Assembly: GCF_001194135.2 (NCBI RefSeq)
Contig: NC_068990.1
Location: forward strand, 51,006,078 to 51,057,216
Length of the DNA: 51,139 nt
Source: Octopus bimaculoides
Lineage: Eukaryota
Direction of reading: 5' to 3'
Shown here: piece by piece, positions 12,130-25,072 of the stretch
Layout of the letters: the number at the start of each line of letters is the position of its first letter
Numbering within the stretch: the stretch's first letter is position 1
Made by a program: the position numbers and the translations under genes
The notes under the pieces: generated by a model
The model's input: only the letters and a program-made list of their open reading frames with translations
Told to the model about the DNA's origin: nothing
Database searches by the model: none

Positions 12130-14945
12130 TGTTTTAATATGATGGCCGTCCACTCGTGACCGAGGGAGACCATTGCTAACCTTTAGAAACATTGTGCGCT
12201 CTAGGACTAACTTAAATTTTGGATTTGCGGCTCCGTTGGTGGCTAATGAGCTCTGCTCTTGACAAGCATACACGACTGCAAACATTGCAGACCAAGCTTT
12301 CTCCACTCACTATACAAGCCGTGCGCTTTCGCGCAGCACGCTTAAATTCTTCCAGTCAGTCTCCTGCATATCACAGGCCATTAATGAGGACTTGACACAG
12401 TCCTTAAATCGCGGCCTTGGTTTCAGCCAGGGTCTCTTTACACTAACAAGTTCCCCATATAGCATCTGTTTAGGGATCCTGCTATCCTTCATTGTAGTAA
12501 GGTGTCCAGTCCAACATAGCCGGTGCTTGTGAATCATCAATATATCAACTTTCCTCAATACTTGTGTGTCTGGAGTTTTTATGGTCCGGCCAACATTCAG
12601 AATGTGCCTCAAACATCTCTGATGAAAGCGTTCAAGGACCCTTACATGACGTTTGTAAAGGGTTCACGCAACACAATTTTTGTTTGCCTTGTGATGCCAT
12701 GCTGGGACCAGACACAAGACTGAAGAGACCGGACGGAATCAGTTGCTGTCTGTAGCTTGAAACATATTTCATAATCCAGAGAGCAAGAACGGCTGAGTGT
12801 GCTACCCAAGTAGACAAACTTGTCTACCACTTTCAGTATTGTACTTTCAACCAAGATAGCTGGTTCCACATATGGATTTCCTGGTACAGGCTGAAACATT
12901 ACAACAGTCTTGTTCAGGATAATACTGAGTCCAAGTGCCTTGAAAGAAGCAGATATACGATTCATAATTATTTGCATGTCATCCACTGTATGAGCGACTA
13001 AGTCACAGTCATCTGCATTAAGGAGATCACGAATAAAAGATTGGAAAGCTTTTAAATTGGCAACAAATCGGCGCAGATTAAAGAGGCGGCCAGAAGATCG
13101 ACACCTGACATATATTCCCTTAGCAAAAGCATGAGTAAATGCAGCAGCAAAGTACAAAGAAAAGAGAGTTAGGGCAAGGATGTCATCCTGCTTGGCACCA
13201 TACTCTACAGGAATGGGTCCCGCTATGCCACCCCAACATTGACCCATGCCTCCATCCCATCATGAAATGATTTAATTATAGATACAAAGTGACATGGACA
13301 TTCAAGTTTGCAATGTGGTTTCTATAGCAAGGCCCTGTTCACAGTATCAAAGGCCTCGGTTAAATCTCCTGCATCTGACCTGCTGCGAAAATCATATCCA
13401 TTGTCCCTCTCCCAGATCGGAAGCCACATTAAAATTCAGATAGGACATCATTTACGAGACACCCATTCAGGCGGGTAAGAAGAATATTTTCCAGAACCTT
13501 GCGAGAAGCCAATAGTAGAGCAAAATACCTCTGTAGTTACGACACATTGTTCTGGCTTCTTTTCCCTTATAGAGAGGAAGAATATTTGCATCCTCCTAGT
13601 CATTAGGCATTGCACCACCCCTTCAGACTACAGTAATAAGTTCATGAAGAGACTGTATGATGTAATCATCACCAAATCGTAAGACCTCAGCACAAATTCC
13701 ATCCCTTCTAGGTGCTCTAACAAGATTAAATTTAATTATTGATGTCATTACCTCATCTATTGAGGTCACGGAATTTTACGAGCCAATGACAGGTCTTTGT
13801 TGCATAGTATCAATCACAGTTTCATACACAACTGACTCATGGTTTAGGAGTTCAGAGAAGTGTTAAAAAAAAAGTTGGAAAGCAAAAGAGCTGATGCAGA
13901 GCTTTTAGGCCCATAAACTTGTTTCATAAGATGGTAAAGCATTTGCAACAACCTGAACATCACGAGCAAGATCCTTCCACTAAGTGTTCTGCATCTTCCT
14001 GTGAGATCGCTACAGTAGTTATTTTACGCTGCTATAGTGGGCAAGTGCTAGATTTCGCTGCACAGTTGAAAGCTCTCTGTGCAGTAAAACATTTAGGGTG
14101 CTTTACAACAAATAGCCGCTGACCTTCAGCATCATTTTCATCAAAACAGTCTCCGTGCCTGGCAGTAGCATATCCCAGTGTTTCAGCAGCACATTGAAGA
14201 ACATGGTTTCGAAAACCTTACCATACTGTATTATTTTCAACGCTGGACAAGCGAATCTGAAGTTCTTTCCTCAACACATCATATATGTTGTGGACATTCA
14301 GACGCCGAGGAATTCCAACTAGCCCTCTTCTCTCTTTCACTCTAATCATCATCCAGAACTTTGCTCGCCCCAGATTGTGGTCTGTCCAGCATTCCGATCC
14401 ATGAAAGGACTTGACATTACAAATGTCATAGATTTCACACTTGCGTATGATAACATAATCCAGCAAGTGCCAAACTTTAGACCTTGGATGCGTCCACGTT
14501 GTTGTGTGGTCACCTCTGTGCATAAATTGTGCGCTTGCTATATAAAGTCCATGTTCATCGCAAAGCTCCAGCAGCATGAGATCATTGCTATTCATTTTCC
14601 CGACACCAAAACGTCGTAGAGAGTTCTATGGTTGCCAGTCTGTTCGAGCTCTGGCATTGAAATCCCCCTGTAGAACGACCTTATCAGAATTGGGGGTTTT
14701 CCTAAGTATGGTTCTCAGCTGAGTATAGAAAATAGTTTTATCTTCATCACAACTAGGCACTTATTAGAATAGCAGACCGCCCATCTTTCAGGTGCAATCG
14801 TAGAGTCATTAGACGTTCATTTATAGAACATCACGAAGGCTCTGAAGGATATCAGATCGAACTGCAAAGCCAACACCAGCCTCTCTGCGCTCCTCCTTCA
14901 GCCTCCCCTTCCTCCTACTTCCTCAAACTGACGAGTCTCTGAAAG
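12130..14945 (-). mobile_element. RTE (BovB-like) LINE, APE plus RT, decayed
   Basis: EAGVGFAVR, GDFNAR, WTHPRSKVWHLLDYVI, GAKQDDILALTLFSLYF, GRLFNLRRF, RDLLNADDCDLVAH, FVYLGSTLS, IPKQMLYGEL, PRFKDCVK. Confidence 0.93.
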
Positions 14946-15029
14946 TGCACCTACATAGGAATCAGTGACTGATTTCACAAAATAGCAATGTGGAAAGTAT
15001 AAAATAATTAAGGTGGCTAGCAGTAACTA

Positions 15030-15800
15030 CCCAAACACGAACGACAATAACAGTACCTCTGGACACGCTGGCATCAACAGAAACCACGATGGCAGCAAAA
15101 ACGTCAGCAGCAAAAACGTCAGCAGCAATAATATGAACGAAAACGCAAACACAGAAAAATACAAGAACAATGTCGAATAGAGGGCAACGGAAAATAAAAT
15201 GTAGGCGGGTGGGGTTAGGGTTAGGGCTATCGGTACCACTAAGAGCAACGACAACAACAACAACAATAATGTAAAGAAGGAACACTCAAACACAGAAAGA
15301 CATAAGCACGCAAAATTAAGGGCTCAAAATAGCAGCAGCAGCAGTAGAAGGAATGGGGACGGAGAGGAGGTCAACTGAACGAAATATATCAAGACCAAGA
15401 CTACGAACCCCGACACTAGAACCAGCACTACCACCTCTAGCTGGCGTAACAGTAAAGACAACAATAACATGAATAACAATACCCACACTTACAATAATGA
15501 GAAAACTATAGATAAGAAAACTGATAATAATAACAGTAGTAGTAGTAATAATAATAACAATAACAATAACCGTAGCTTTAAGATAATAGTGAAGATAGTA
15601 ATATCAACCGTAGTAATAACAACCATAGCTATAAGATAATATTGAGGATAGTAATAACAACAACAACAACAATAACAACGAAAACAACGATGGAAATATG
15701 CAAACCAACACAATACTGATAACAATACACACAGAAACACCACCACCACCACCACCACCGCCACAGACATTTCCAGCAGAATGTCGATAGACAACTTGCC
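15030..15800. repeat. Low-complexity region rich in (AAC/AAT/AGT/CAC)n, including a (TTAGGG)2 G-quadruplex motif at 15207-15226
   Basis: Read directly from the sequence. Confidence 0.85.
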
Positions 15801-15879
15801 AAACTACATCCGTGCAATGCAACCCCACATCACCAACATGAGGAAAACAGTGCAGCCATCGGTGTCAGTATCGCTAGCG

Positions 15880-17020
15880 ATGTGGCTGACCTATTTATGG
15901 CATGGTGGGATAGGAGACTCAAAGAGAGATTAGCATAAGGTTCCATAACCCTAACCATGTACTCCCGCTATGTGGATGAAATCAACATAGTGGCCAAAGC
16001 ACGCCCCTCACACAAGACAGTGTCGATGAACTAGAAGCTAGCATTATGGAGAGCTTCCAGCAAATAGCTAACCAGAGTATTAAAGTAACTGTAGATTACC
16101 CTAGCAAGCACCCTAACCATAAGCTATCGGTCTTAGACAGAGATCTCTGGCTGAAAACAAAGAATAATAAAGTCCAGAGCCTTCTTTCTCACTATACAAA
16201 TTCCATGACCTCTAAATAAGAAGGCAACTATTGTAAATAACGTCAAGTTCAATATTCTAATAGCGAACTTACAGTAATGAGGGATGTATCCCACATGTGC
16301 AACTCAACGGAATTAGAAAGGCACATACAACACTTCATCTACCGCTTGCAATTCTCTGACTGCAACCAAAAGTACAAAATTAGAGTGTACAAAGGAGCCA
16401 TAGCTAAGTACAAGGCCATAATAAAGAATGACGATCTGCTCACTATACCGGTGTAAATATTGGAACAGCATAAAAAGGAGCAAGAAGAAGATAGATAAGG
16501 CCAACTCATGATATGAAAACGGAAAATACAATTGTGATATTCATTGATGCTACCCCTGCAGCGAACTAGCATATCTTTTTATGAAAGCATTAGTTTAGGT
16601 AAATCTACGGATTAAAGTAGTAGAAAGATCAGGAGCCCCCATAAAATCCCTGAACTGTAGAAGACACCCATTCGATAGGTCCTCATGTACGGAGTATAGA
16701 ATGTAAGATGAATCTTCAAGTTAACTGTAAGGTTAGGACTGTAGTCTACAGCCCATGATGTACTGAAGGACGGTGCCGAAACAACAAAATTTACACTGGG
16801 GAGACGGTATGTCGGATAGGGGAACGGGTAGGCGTAAACTGGCGGGAGCTCAAAGAGGAGAAAAGCTCCTCATTGCTCTATCATGTTCAATTAGCACATA
16901 GAGGCTCGGTTAACATAGAGGTTAAGGTATTATCAACGCATAGAACAGAGACGACATCTAGACAACCAAGGCAACACATATAAGAGACAAACCGAGTCTC
17001 AACTGAAAAAACAAATGAAT
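15880..17020 (+). mobile_element. Penelope-like element (RT C-half plus GIY-YIG), decayed; possibly Naiad-type
   Basis: YSRYVDEINIV; IKVTVDYPSKHPNHKLSVLD; HFIYRLQFSD; VVERSG; CKVRTVVYS..C..GRC...IYTGETVCRIGER. The clade is inferred. Confidence 0.85.
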
Positions 17021-17571
17021 CAATAATACCCCCACCACAACCACACTACGCAACACGACGACTAAAGACGGAAGGGGGAAAAAGACACAAACCAAACACA
17101 CTACAATACATAAATCCATATACACACGCACCAAGGAAATACATATTTATGATGAAATAAAACAAAAGTGATAAATAAATAAATAGATAAAAGAAAAAAC
17201 TATATAAAGGGCACAAATACAAACAATATAGTAAGCAAACCCATATGCACACACAAAACACACATACAAGACACAGTCACGTGTACACATATTCATGGAT
17301 ACAGGTACAAACACATGTGCAGATAAGGATACACACCATACAAAGACAGGTTGGACTAAACAGGACAGGAGGAGACATGTGTGATGGAAGAGTCTCTGAA
17401 GAGGTCAGAGGTGTGTGATGAATGATTTCTAGACGATGGACTTAAGATAAAATAAGAACAATAATAAACGAGTGAAGAACGAATATACAGCACCTATGTT
17501 TATTTGGCAAGAAAAACATTACCATCCCGGAAAATAACAATATTAAATTTCCTTTTCTTTTCTTTTTAAAA

Positions 17572-17787
17572 TTCTTTTACTTGTTTCAGTCATTTGACTG
17601 CGGCCATGTTGGAGTACCGCCTTTATTCGAGCAAATCGACACCAGGACTTATTCTTTGTAAGCCTAGTACTTATTCTATCAGTCCCTTTTGCCGAACCGC
17701 TATGTTACGTGGACGTAAACGCACCAGCATCGGTTGTCAAGCGATGTTGGACGGACAAGCACAGATACACAAACATATACACACACA

Positions 17788-17841
<54 letters not shown>

Positions 17842-17985
17842 TACGACGGGCTTCTTTCAGTTTCTGTCAACCAAATCCACTCACAAGGTTTTGGTGGGCC
17901 CGCGGCTATAGTAGAAGAGACTTGCCCAAGGTGCCATGTGGTTGGTAAGCAAGCTACTTATTACATAGCCACTCCTGCGCCTAAC
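17572..17985 (-). mobile_element. tRNA-derived SINE with an internal (AT)n tract
   Basis: Head taggcgcaggagtggct.. on the minus strand. The body aligns with the copy at 44170-44575 (gacttattctttgtaagc; tatatacgacg..cttctttcagttt). Confidence 0.85.
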
Positions 17986-18904
17986 AAAATAATATATTTG
18001 TATTTAGATTAACATCAAGCTTCTAATGTGTAGTCATTTTTATGTTATACATAAATTACTAAATACAAACTTGATACGATAATACCTAATATATGAATGA
18101 CCGATGAGCCACTGTCATTTAAGGACAAACAGAAATACATTATCTTACAAATCTTTTGACACCCGATTTCATTAAACGAATTAAGAAGAAAATAAGGGAA
18201 GTAGAAATGATTATGATATAGCTGACACGGTAACAACGTCGGAAAATGAAGTCAGAACTGCAATATATACAAATAAGTATTATAAATGCTCATGCAGAGA
18301 GAAATCAAAATGCCCATTGATGAACCTCTGTATGAGTACAAATCTTGTATATAAATGTTCCATGCACACAAGGGAAGGGCCGTATGTTTAAAATGGGCAA
18401 ACGGCTGATTCATTTAAGAATCATTATTACAACCACATCGCCCGCTCCAAGAGAATCAATAAAAGACATTCAACATCTTTGGCCAATTTTGTGAGGCGAC
18501 TGAAGATAAAATTAAGTATACTTGGTCCGTAGTAAGGCACGCAAAACCATACAATATCATTTTCAAGAGATGCCGACTCTGCTCGGAGAATTCTCTGTCT
18601 ATTCTGTGGACCAATGGAGAAGATCATTTATAGAATATCTGAAAGATTCTGAAAATACCTACACGCATATAAATGTACTTTCGCACAATGCAGTGGGAAG
18701 GAATTTGAATAACTGTTAACATAATTTACTTTAAGGTATGGATGAATTAAGTTTAGCTTTAACCTCCCCATTCTTATAAACACCAAGTATCTATTTAACT
18801 CGCTATGTGAACGTGTGTGTACCAAACTATACGTGTGCGTATGCTTACATCTTTGGATGCTTGTATGAGCGAGTGTACATTGGTACTATATGCGTTGCCT
18901 TTGT

Positions 18905-20225
18905 AGGGTCGAAGGCACACACATCTGTGTTTGTAAATGTATTTTCCTTTGTGTTTTGGTTAAATTCCTGGGGCATTTCTGTATGCATTCGGTGTGTGTA
19001 GGTGTACAATATGTGTGAATACTTATATTGGGGTGGAAAAAGTCTATTGGGTAGGTGTCTGCTATGCTGGGGCGTGTCTTTGTTTGTGGGCGCGTTAAGG
19101 TACATTCTAGTCAAACTCTCTGCCGAACTGCCACGTATTGGTAGAGGGCTAAAGTTGGGGAATGATATGGCACGTAATTATGATAAGATGTACTTCCTTT
19201 CATGCGGGCACGGTTTAAAAATTTCAGTTCCGCTGTTCAGGTACATTCTGGGTGCTGGAAGATCTTTAAAATCGCTCCTTTGTCTGTCAGTTCCTGCTTT
19301 ACATTTCTCTAAAATCCTCCATTTTATGCTCTATTCGGTGGCACTTTTTTTAAACGGCCATACGTGCTTGGTCAGGGTTGTGACGTTACGTCTCTCCGGG
19401 GTATTTAAGGTTGTTATAGCTGGATCTGAAGGGGCCCACAGTTACTCCCACATACTTTCGCGCGTTTGGTTGCCTATTCCGTCCCATTGTTGTTAGCTCC
19501 GCCTCATATACGACGGTCTCCGTGTTATAGTGGTCGTTCAGTAGACACCTGAAACAGAGGGTAAAATAACATGTCCACTGAACGACCACTGTAACACGGA
19601 GACCGTCATATACGAAGTAGAGGTAACAAAATAGGATCAAATGGGCAACCAGACGTGTGAAAGTACGTGGAAGCAACTGGAAACGTATTCAGTACCCGCT
19701 ATAACAACCACAAGTCCTCTTTAACATTCCGAAGAAAGGTGACGCCACAGCCCTGGCCTAGCACGCTTGGTCGTTGAAAACAGCGCCACCGAGTACAATA
19801 TAAAGTGGAAGACTTTAGAGAAATCTAAAGTACGTGCAGATTATGCCTGGCTAAGAAAAGAGCGATTTTAAAGAGCTCCCAGCACCCAGGCATTTATCTG
19901 AACAGCAAAACTAAAATTTTTAATGTTTGCCCACATGAAAGGAAGTACATCTTATCATAACTACTTGCCCCATCATAACTATAACCACCGGTCCCCCCAA
20001 CTTCGACCTTCCACTAATACCTGGGAGTCCGGTAAAGAGTTTGACCTGAACATACACTAACGTACCCACAAACAAACACATGCTTCAGCACGGCGCACCT
20101 AAAAGACTTTTCTATCACCCTCAATATGAGACTCTAACGCATATTTTACACCTACACACGCTGGATGCATATATAAATACCCCAAAGAAAACACTAACGA
20201 ACACAGATGTGTATGCACCCCTATC
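18905..20225. mobile_element. Fold-back (inverted pair) of Penelope GIY-YIG and 3' UTR segments
   Basis: Arms ~18905-19547 and 19572-~20225 are reverse complements. The right arm reads CPLNDHCNTETVIYEVEV..KYVEATG..FSTRYNNHKSS..LNSKTKIFNVCPHERKYILS; the left arm encodes the homologue on the minus strand. Confidence 0.92.
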
Positions 20226-20627
20226 AATACACACATTCCATTTCCACGAGAACACCACCCTTAAAGACACACACATTTCCTATAAGCTCTTTTCCAGAAA
20301 TCTCTCACCGACTTGCAACAAATCCACCACCAAATTTGATGTTTTTGATATCATGGGGCATAACTCTTAACTTAATCCACTGCTCAATTAGTTTCATCAT
20401 CTTTTTCAAGGCAACCACAAAGCCGATGTGTCTATTCACTTCCAACAATAGAGAGCAGTCATCATATTTCATCCCATAATGGCTACCTCTCCGTTGAACC
20501 TCTGGTGCGAATCTGATTGGCAAGTCGGCCATAATGGATATATAATACTGTATGCTTCGCTTAATACACCCACTCTAGTGACACATATACAACAGCATTT
20601 TTCCTGACATATGGATTCTAAGATGGC

Positions 20628-20672
<45 letters not shown>

Positions 20673-21029
20673 TACATGTATGTATATATATCTTGTACTT
20701 TGCTTCCTCCAAGGTTTGCCTTGAGGCTGAAGATCGCGATTAACAACGAATGGAGTTGATAAGCACAAAACTGGTTGATTGTTTAACCAACACATTAAAC
20801 AAACGGTTGNNNNNNNNNNNNNNNNNNNNNNNNNNNNNNNNNNNNNNNNNNNNNNNNNNNNNNNNNNNNNNNNNNNNNNNNNNNNNNNNNNNNNNNNNNN
20901 NNNNNNNNNNNNNNNNNNNNNNNNNNNNNNNNNNNNNNNNNNNNNNNNNNNNNNNNNNNNNNNTATATATATATATATATATATATTAATAATAATAATA
21001 TGACAACAAAACAATGAATGAGACCTCGA

Positions 21030-21170
21030 TATTGTATAAATAGAGAAAGTGCGGTCTTTGCGATATGGAAAGATGGCTCATCTGGAAAAGTTCTTTAGAC
21101 CCCGCTACATGTCTAAATTCAAGAATTAAACTTTTTGGGTCATGTCCACATATGACAAAATACTTGTCAC
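21030..21170 (+). mobile_element. Penelope GIY-YIG C-terminal fragment
   Basis: RKCGLCDMERWLIWKSSLDPATCLNSRIKLFGSCPHMTKYLS resembles ILKSSQHPGIYLNSKTKIFNVCPHERKYILS at ~19860-19960. Confidence 0.7.
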
Positions 21171-21229
21171 AGATAGAACCTACTTTTTATATTGTGTCCA
21201 TGACAGGCTTAGCATTTCTTAAATATTTT

Positions 21230-22047
21230 TATATGTATTTGTATGTATAAGCATATATCAGATGTGTATGTGTGTGCATATGTATATGTGTACGAATGTA
21301 TGTATATATACGAGTGTAAGACTGTATCCGTTTGCTTAAGAGTGACTGTCATGCACATATCTCCTTACTTCATACATATATGTATATACGCTTGCATATC
21401 TGCAGGTGTAGGTGTGTTAATAGACAGGAGGGTGTATTTGTATATATATGCACCCCTATACATATATAATTCATATGTATATTTATGTTTGCGGCGAATG
21501 TGAATATGTATACGTTTTATGTTTTGCGTATGTATTTTTGATTTGTATATATCTATGCGAGGATGATGTTGACTATATATTCATACGTATGTGTGTGTAT
21601 ATTTGTACATATATATGCATATGCGTGGTTTTGTCTATCTGCGTGGTTTTGTCTATCTGCGTGGTTTTGTCTATCTGCGTGTGTGTATGTGTATATGTAT
21701 ATTCCTACATGCGGCGTGTGTAAATATATGCCTACTACGAACGTTAATACATATATATTGTTTACGGTTTTATGTGAGTATTTTTTGTATATATATTTAA
21801 TTTCTAAGACAAATGTAAATTTTTTCTATGTGAAAATGAAGTTATATATACATATATACGTACGTGTGTATGTATTTTCATATTTATATGTATACATATT
21901 TTTATGCATGTATATGTATATGTATGCGTATGTGTGTACGTGTAGAGATGTGTATATGAGCATAATACGTGCATGGGTACATATACGTGTGTATGTGCGT
22001 GTATGCATATATGCATGTGTATGCGTGTGTATGTATATATATATGTG

Positions 22048-22120
<73 letters not shown>

Positions 22121-22210
22121 GTATATATCTGTATATATATATATATATGTGTGTGTGTATATATGTATGTGTATGATAGTATGTATATATACTTGTGTAC
22201 GTGTGTAGAT
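21230..22210. repeat. AT/GT/AC dinucleotide-rich tract containing an 18-bp tandem repeat
   Basis: gcgtggttttgtctatct x3 at 21623-21676; (AC)n(AT)n at ~22050-22150. Confidence 0.9.
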
Positions 22211-23009
22211 TTTATGAACGAAGATTTCTATCTTTACGTGGTTGGCATCTGAAACTCTGAGTATTATTATGACAACTAACTGATTGTCCTATATATNNNN
22301 NNNNNNNNNNNNNNNNNNNNNNNNNNNNNNNNNNNNNNNNNNNNNNNNNNNNNNNNNNNNNNNNNNNNNNNNNNNNNNNNNNNNNNNNNNNNNNNNNNNN
22401 NNNNNNNNNNNNNNNNNNNNNNNNNNNNNNNNNNNNNNNNNNNNNNNNNNNNNNNNNNNNNNNNNNNNNNNNNNNNNNNNNNNNNNNNNNNNNNNNNNNN
22501 NNNNNNNNNNNNNNNNNNNNNNNNNNNNNNNNNNNNNNNNNNNNNNNNNNNNNNNNNNNNNNNNNNNNNNNNNNNNNNNNNNNNNNNNNNNNNNNNNNNN
22601 NNNNNNNNNNNNNNNNNNNNNNNNNNNNNNNNNNNNNNNNNNNNNNNNNNNNNNNNNNNNNNNNNNNNNNNNNNNNNNNNNNNNNNNNNNNNNNNNNNNN
22701 NNNNNNNNNNNNNNNNNNNNNNNNNNNNNNNNNNNNNNNNNNNNNNNNNNNNNNNNNNNNNNNNNNNNNNNNNNNNNNNNNNNNNNNNNNNNNNNNNNNN
22801 NNNNNNNNNNNNNNNNNNNNNNNNNNNNNNNNNNNNNNNNNNNNNNNNNNNNNNNNNNNNNNNNNNNNNNNNNNNNNNNNNNNNNNNNNNNNNNNNNNNN
22901 NNNNNNNNNNNNNNNNNNNNNNNNNNNNNNNNNNNNNNNNNNNNNNNNNNNNNNNNNNNNNNNNNNNNNNNNNNNNNNNNNNNNNNNNNNNNNNNNNNNN
23001 NNNNNNNNN

Positions 23010-23044
<35 letters not shown>

Positions 23045-23094
23045 GTGTGCGTGTGAGTGTGTATGTGTAAATGATGACGTGTGTGTATATATAT

Positions 23095-23392
23095 GAATCC
23101 GAACTGTTGCAATAGTAACGAAGCTAAAGCACGCAGATTAAAGCCGCTTGGCAAAATTGACCTTGAACTCTATTGTGCATGCGAACTATGTTTTAACGTT
23201 CTAGCTTACTTCCGTTGTTTACAGCAGTGCTTAGTTGGGAGGTGTGTAGTATGTGATCGTCACATTGACTATGACAGAGAAAGTTGTCATGGTGATAACT
23301 GTTGAGAGGTCTACGCTAGGTTGCAGAGAGTATATGGAGAGGAGTGTATGAGCCGCACACAAGCGTACGAGTGGTTCGGACATTTCCAAGAG
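23095..23392 (+). mobile_element. mariner-like transposon 5' fragment (transposase HTH start)
   Basis: MTEKV (deletion follows) ... VYGEECMSRTQAYEWFGHFQE, a typical mariner N-terminal HTH motif. Confidence 0.8.
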
Positions 23393-23708
23393 AATTAGAG
23401 GGTAGGATGGAAGGACTGTACAAAAGAGAGGGAGGAGTCCAGATGTTCGTGTGAGTGTGAAATCGCGCCGATACAATCACTTCTATGATGATTGTATAGC
23501 TCGGGAGTGGGACTAGTGAATTGTGAGAATATTTGGGCCTCAACGTAGCCAACGAACAGGTTCGCATAGTTGGGCCCCATTCTCGTTTTCATGGCCACTC
23601 CCGAAATCTGTGGTTAAAATTCACCCGCAAACGACAAATCAGTTGAGGGGGAGGACAAGTTCGGCCAGACGAAAGGGTGTGGAGGTGTCAGGTGGAGTCT
23701 AAGGTCAA

Positions 23709-23748
23709 GGACTAACCCCAAGCTTCCGAGTTCGATTCCAGGCAGTGA

Positions 23749-23816
<68 letters not shown>

Positions 23817-23990
23817 TCGAAAAATACTTTAGGAATGAGAACCCAAGTTCGAACTTTCCCCAAGACACTTGATGAAGGCTGGAGGGTATATCAGCGAAGC
23901 ATTATGTTAACAACAAGATGAGGAAAAATATCTGTCAATTGTAAATAATGTAAATAATGTACATAATTTCTCATCTCTTAAATATAGAAC
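23709..23990 (+). mobile_element. 5'-truncated short element: tRNA-like B-box head, (AAT)n, hammerhead-like body
   Basis: GAGTTCGATTCC at 23728-23739; (AAT)n at ~23753-23812; TGATGA-stem-GAA motif at 23864-23908; opposite orientation to the host Penelope. Confidence 0.7.
23864..23908 (+). ncRNA. Degenerate minimal type I hammerhead ribozyme
   Basis: GACAC tTGATGA ag GCTG gagggtatat CAGC GAAgC ATT ATGTT. Stem II is GCTG/CAGC and stem I GACAC/ATGTT is partial. The core deviates from CUGANGA/GAAAC, so this copy is probably inactive. Confidence 0.6.
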
Positions 23991-25072
23991 AGCTCCACCC
24001 TTCCCGGCCGGTTTGATAGCAACATCTTTGCGGCGTCCGAGACAACGAAGGGCCGCGAGTTCGGTCGGGAAGATGTTGAGATGTCGGGGGCACCTGCGAA
24101 AGTTGAACCGTCCACAACACGTTGGCAGATGTTTGTAAATTGATCAACTGTTTGGAACTGGCCAGGAGCTGGTATCTAGTGGGATGGTCGGTAGCCCAAG
24201 TCAGTGAAGCAGTGTTCTTCATTAAATGCAGCTGGAGTGTTGTGGAAAAGTGCATGTAGCCTGACGTGACGCACAAAGTGTTGGATATCAGCACGAGTCT
24301 GAAACTTGTTACTGGACTGAGTGAGGGGGCTTGAAGTGCAGACCCTTACTGAGAAAAGAGTACTTCGCTTCAGAGAAAGGAAGATCAGGAGGAATGGTTA
24401 CAGCAGGCTGAAGTGGGGGATTTGGTGAGGAGCGGTTGTGGAGGCGGTGGAAGGCTGGGAGGAGAGAGGAGGAAGTGGTGTGTGGGAGGGTTAGAGTAAT
24501 GGAAGGGTGGGAGTGAGGATGAGGGGAGAGTGAATTGGGGATGGAGCGGTGGGTGTAGTGGAATCGGGTGGGACATGAAAGAGCGAGTGGAGTTTATGTT
24601 GTTTAGTGCGAGCGGGGAAGTCGGGAAAAATTTGATTTAAGTGGAGGATAAAGTGTAAGGTGGAATGTGCAATGGATGGTGAGCAGCCGGAAAAAAGGTG
24701 GAATAAGCAAGAGGGAGAAGGCGGTCGAGGATGTGTATTTCTGAGAGATTAGAACGAATGGTGGCACGCATAAGGCAGTAGGAAGTGGTGCGAAGTATGG
24801 GTAAGATGGCAGAGACAGAATGGAAATTATGGTGGAAAGGGAGGCAGAAACCTTTGGGAATGAGGTAGTGGTGAGGGCCGTGACTGTGAAAAGAAACATG
24901 ACTACAGAAGCATGTCTTGGTTTGAAAGTCAATAGGGAAAGATTAATAGAAGCGTGGTAAGGTGTTTCTTTTTAGGCGGTGGTGAAGGTGGAGAAAGAAG
25001 GATTTATAATTAGGCATGCTGGAAAAAGAAAAAGAAGGAGAATCAGGTCACCCACTCTTGAGCGTTAGTGGT

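Larger units (their letters stand above)
23393..25020 (-). mobile_element. Penelope-like element (N-terminus and partial RT), interrupted at 23709-23990
   Basis: ORF start near ATG 25017; IKPAGKGGA at ~23990-24020; SFAGEF..QISGVAMKTRMGPNYANLFVGYVE and DCIGA..FVQSFHPTL at 23395-23650. Confidence 0.9.

Noticed and set aside
16756-16758. In-frame TGA in the Penelope GIY-YIG region, considered as selenocysteine (known in some Naiad elements)
   Set aside because: It falls at the variable position before the conserved Cys, not at a Cys position. The copy has many other stops and I saw no SECIS.
18427-18627. ORF starting MIFS, considered as the missing CTR1 TM7/C-terminal exon
   Set aside because: It is preceded by an in-frame stop, has no NPWIY or LNSC motif, and shows no GPCR similarity.
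20305-20532. 75-aa minus-strand ORF
   Set aside because: No recognisable motif and no convincing splice context.
21243-22252. Numerous Y/V/C/I- and H/T-rich ORFs here and at 36895-37293, 39752-39985 and 48413-48753
   Set aside because: They are translations of dinucleotide microsatellites.
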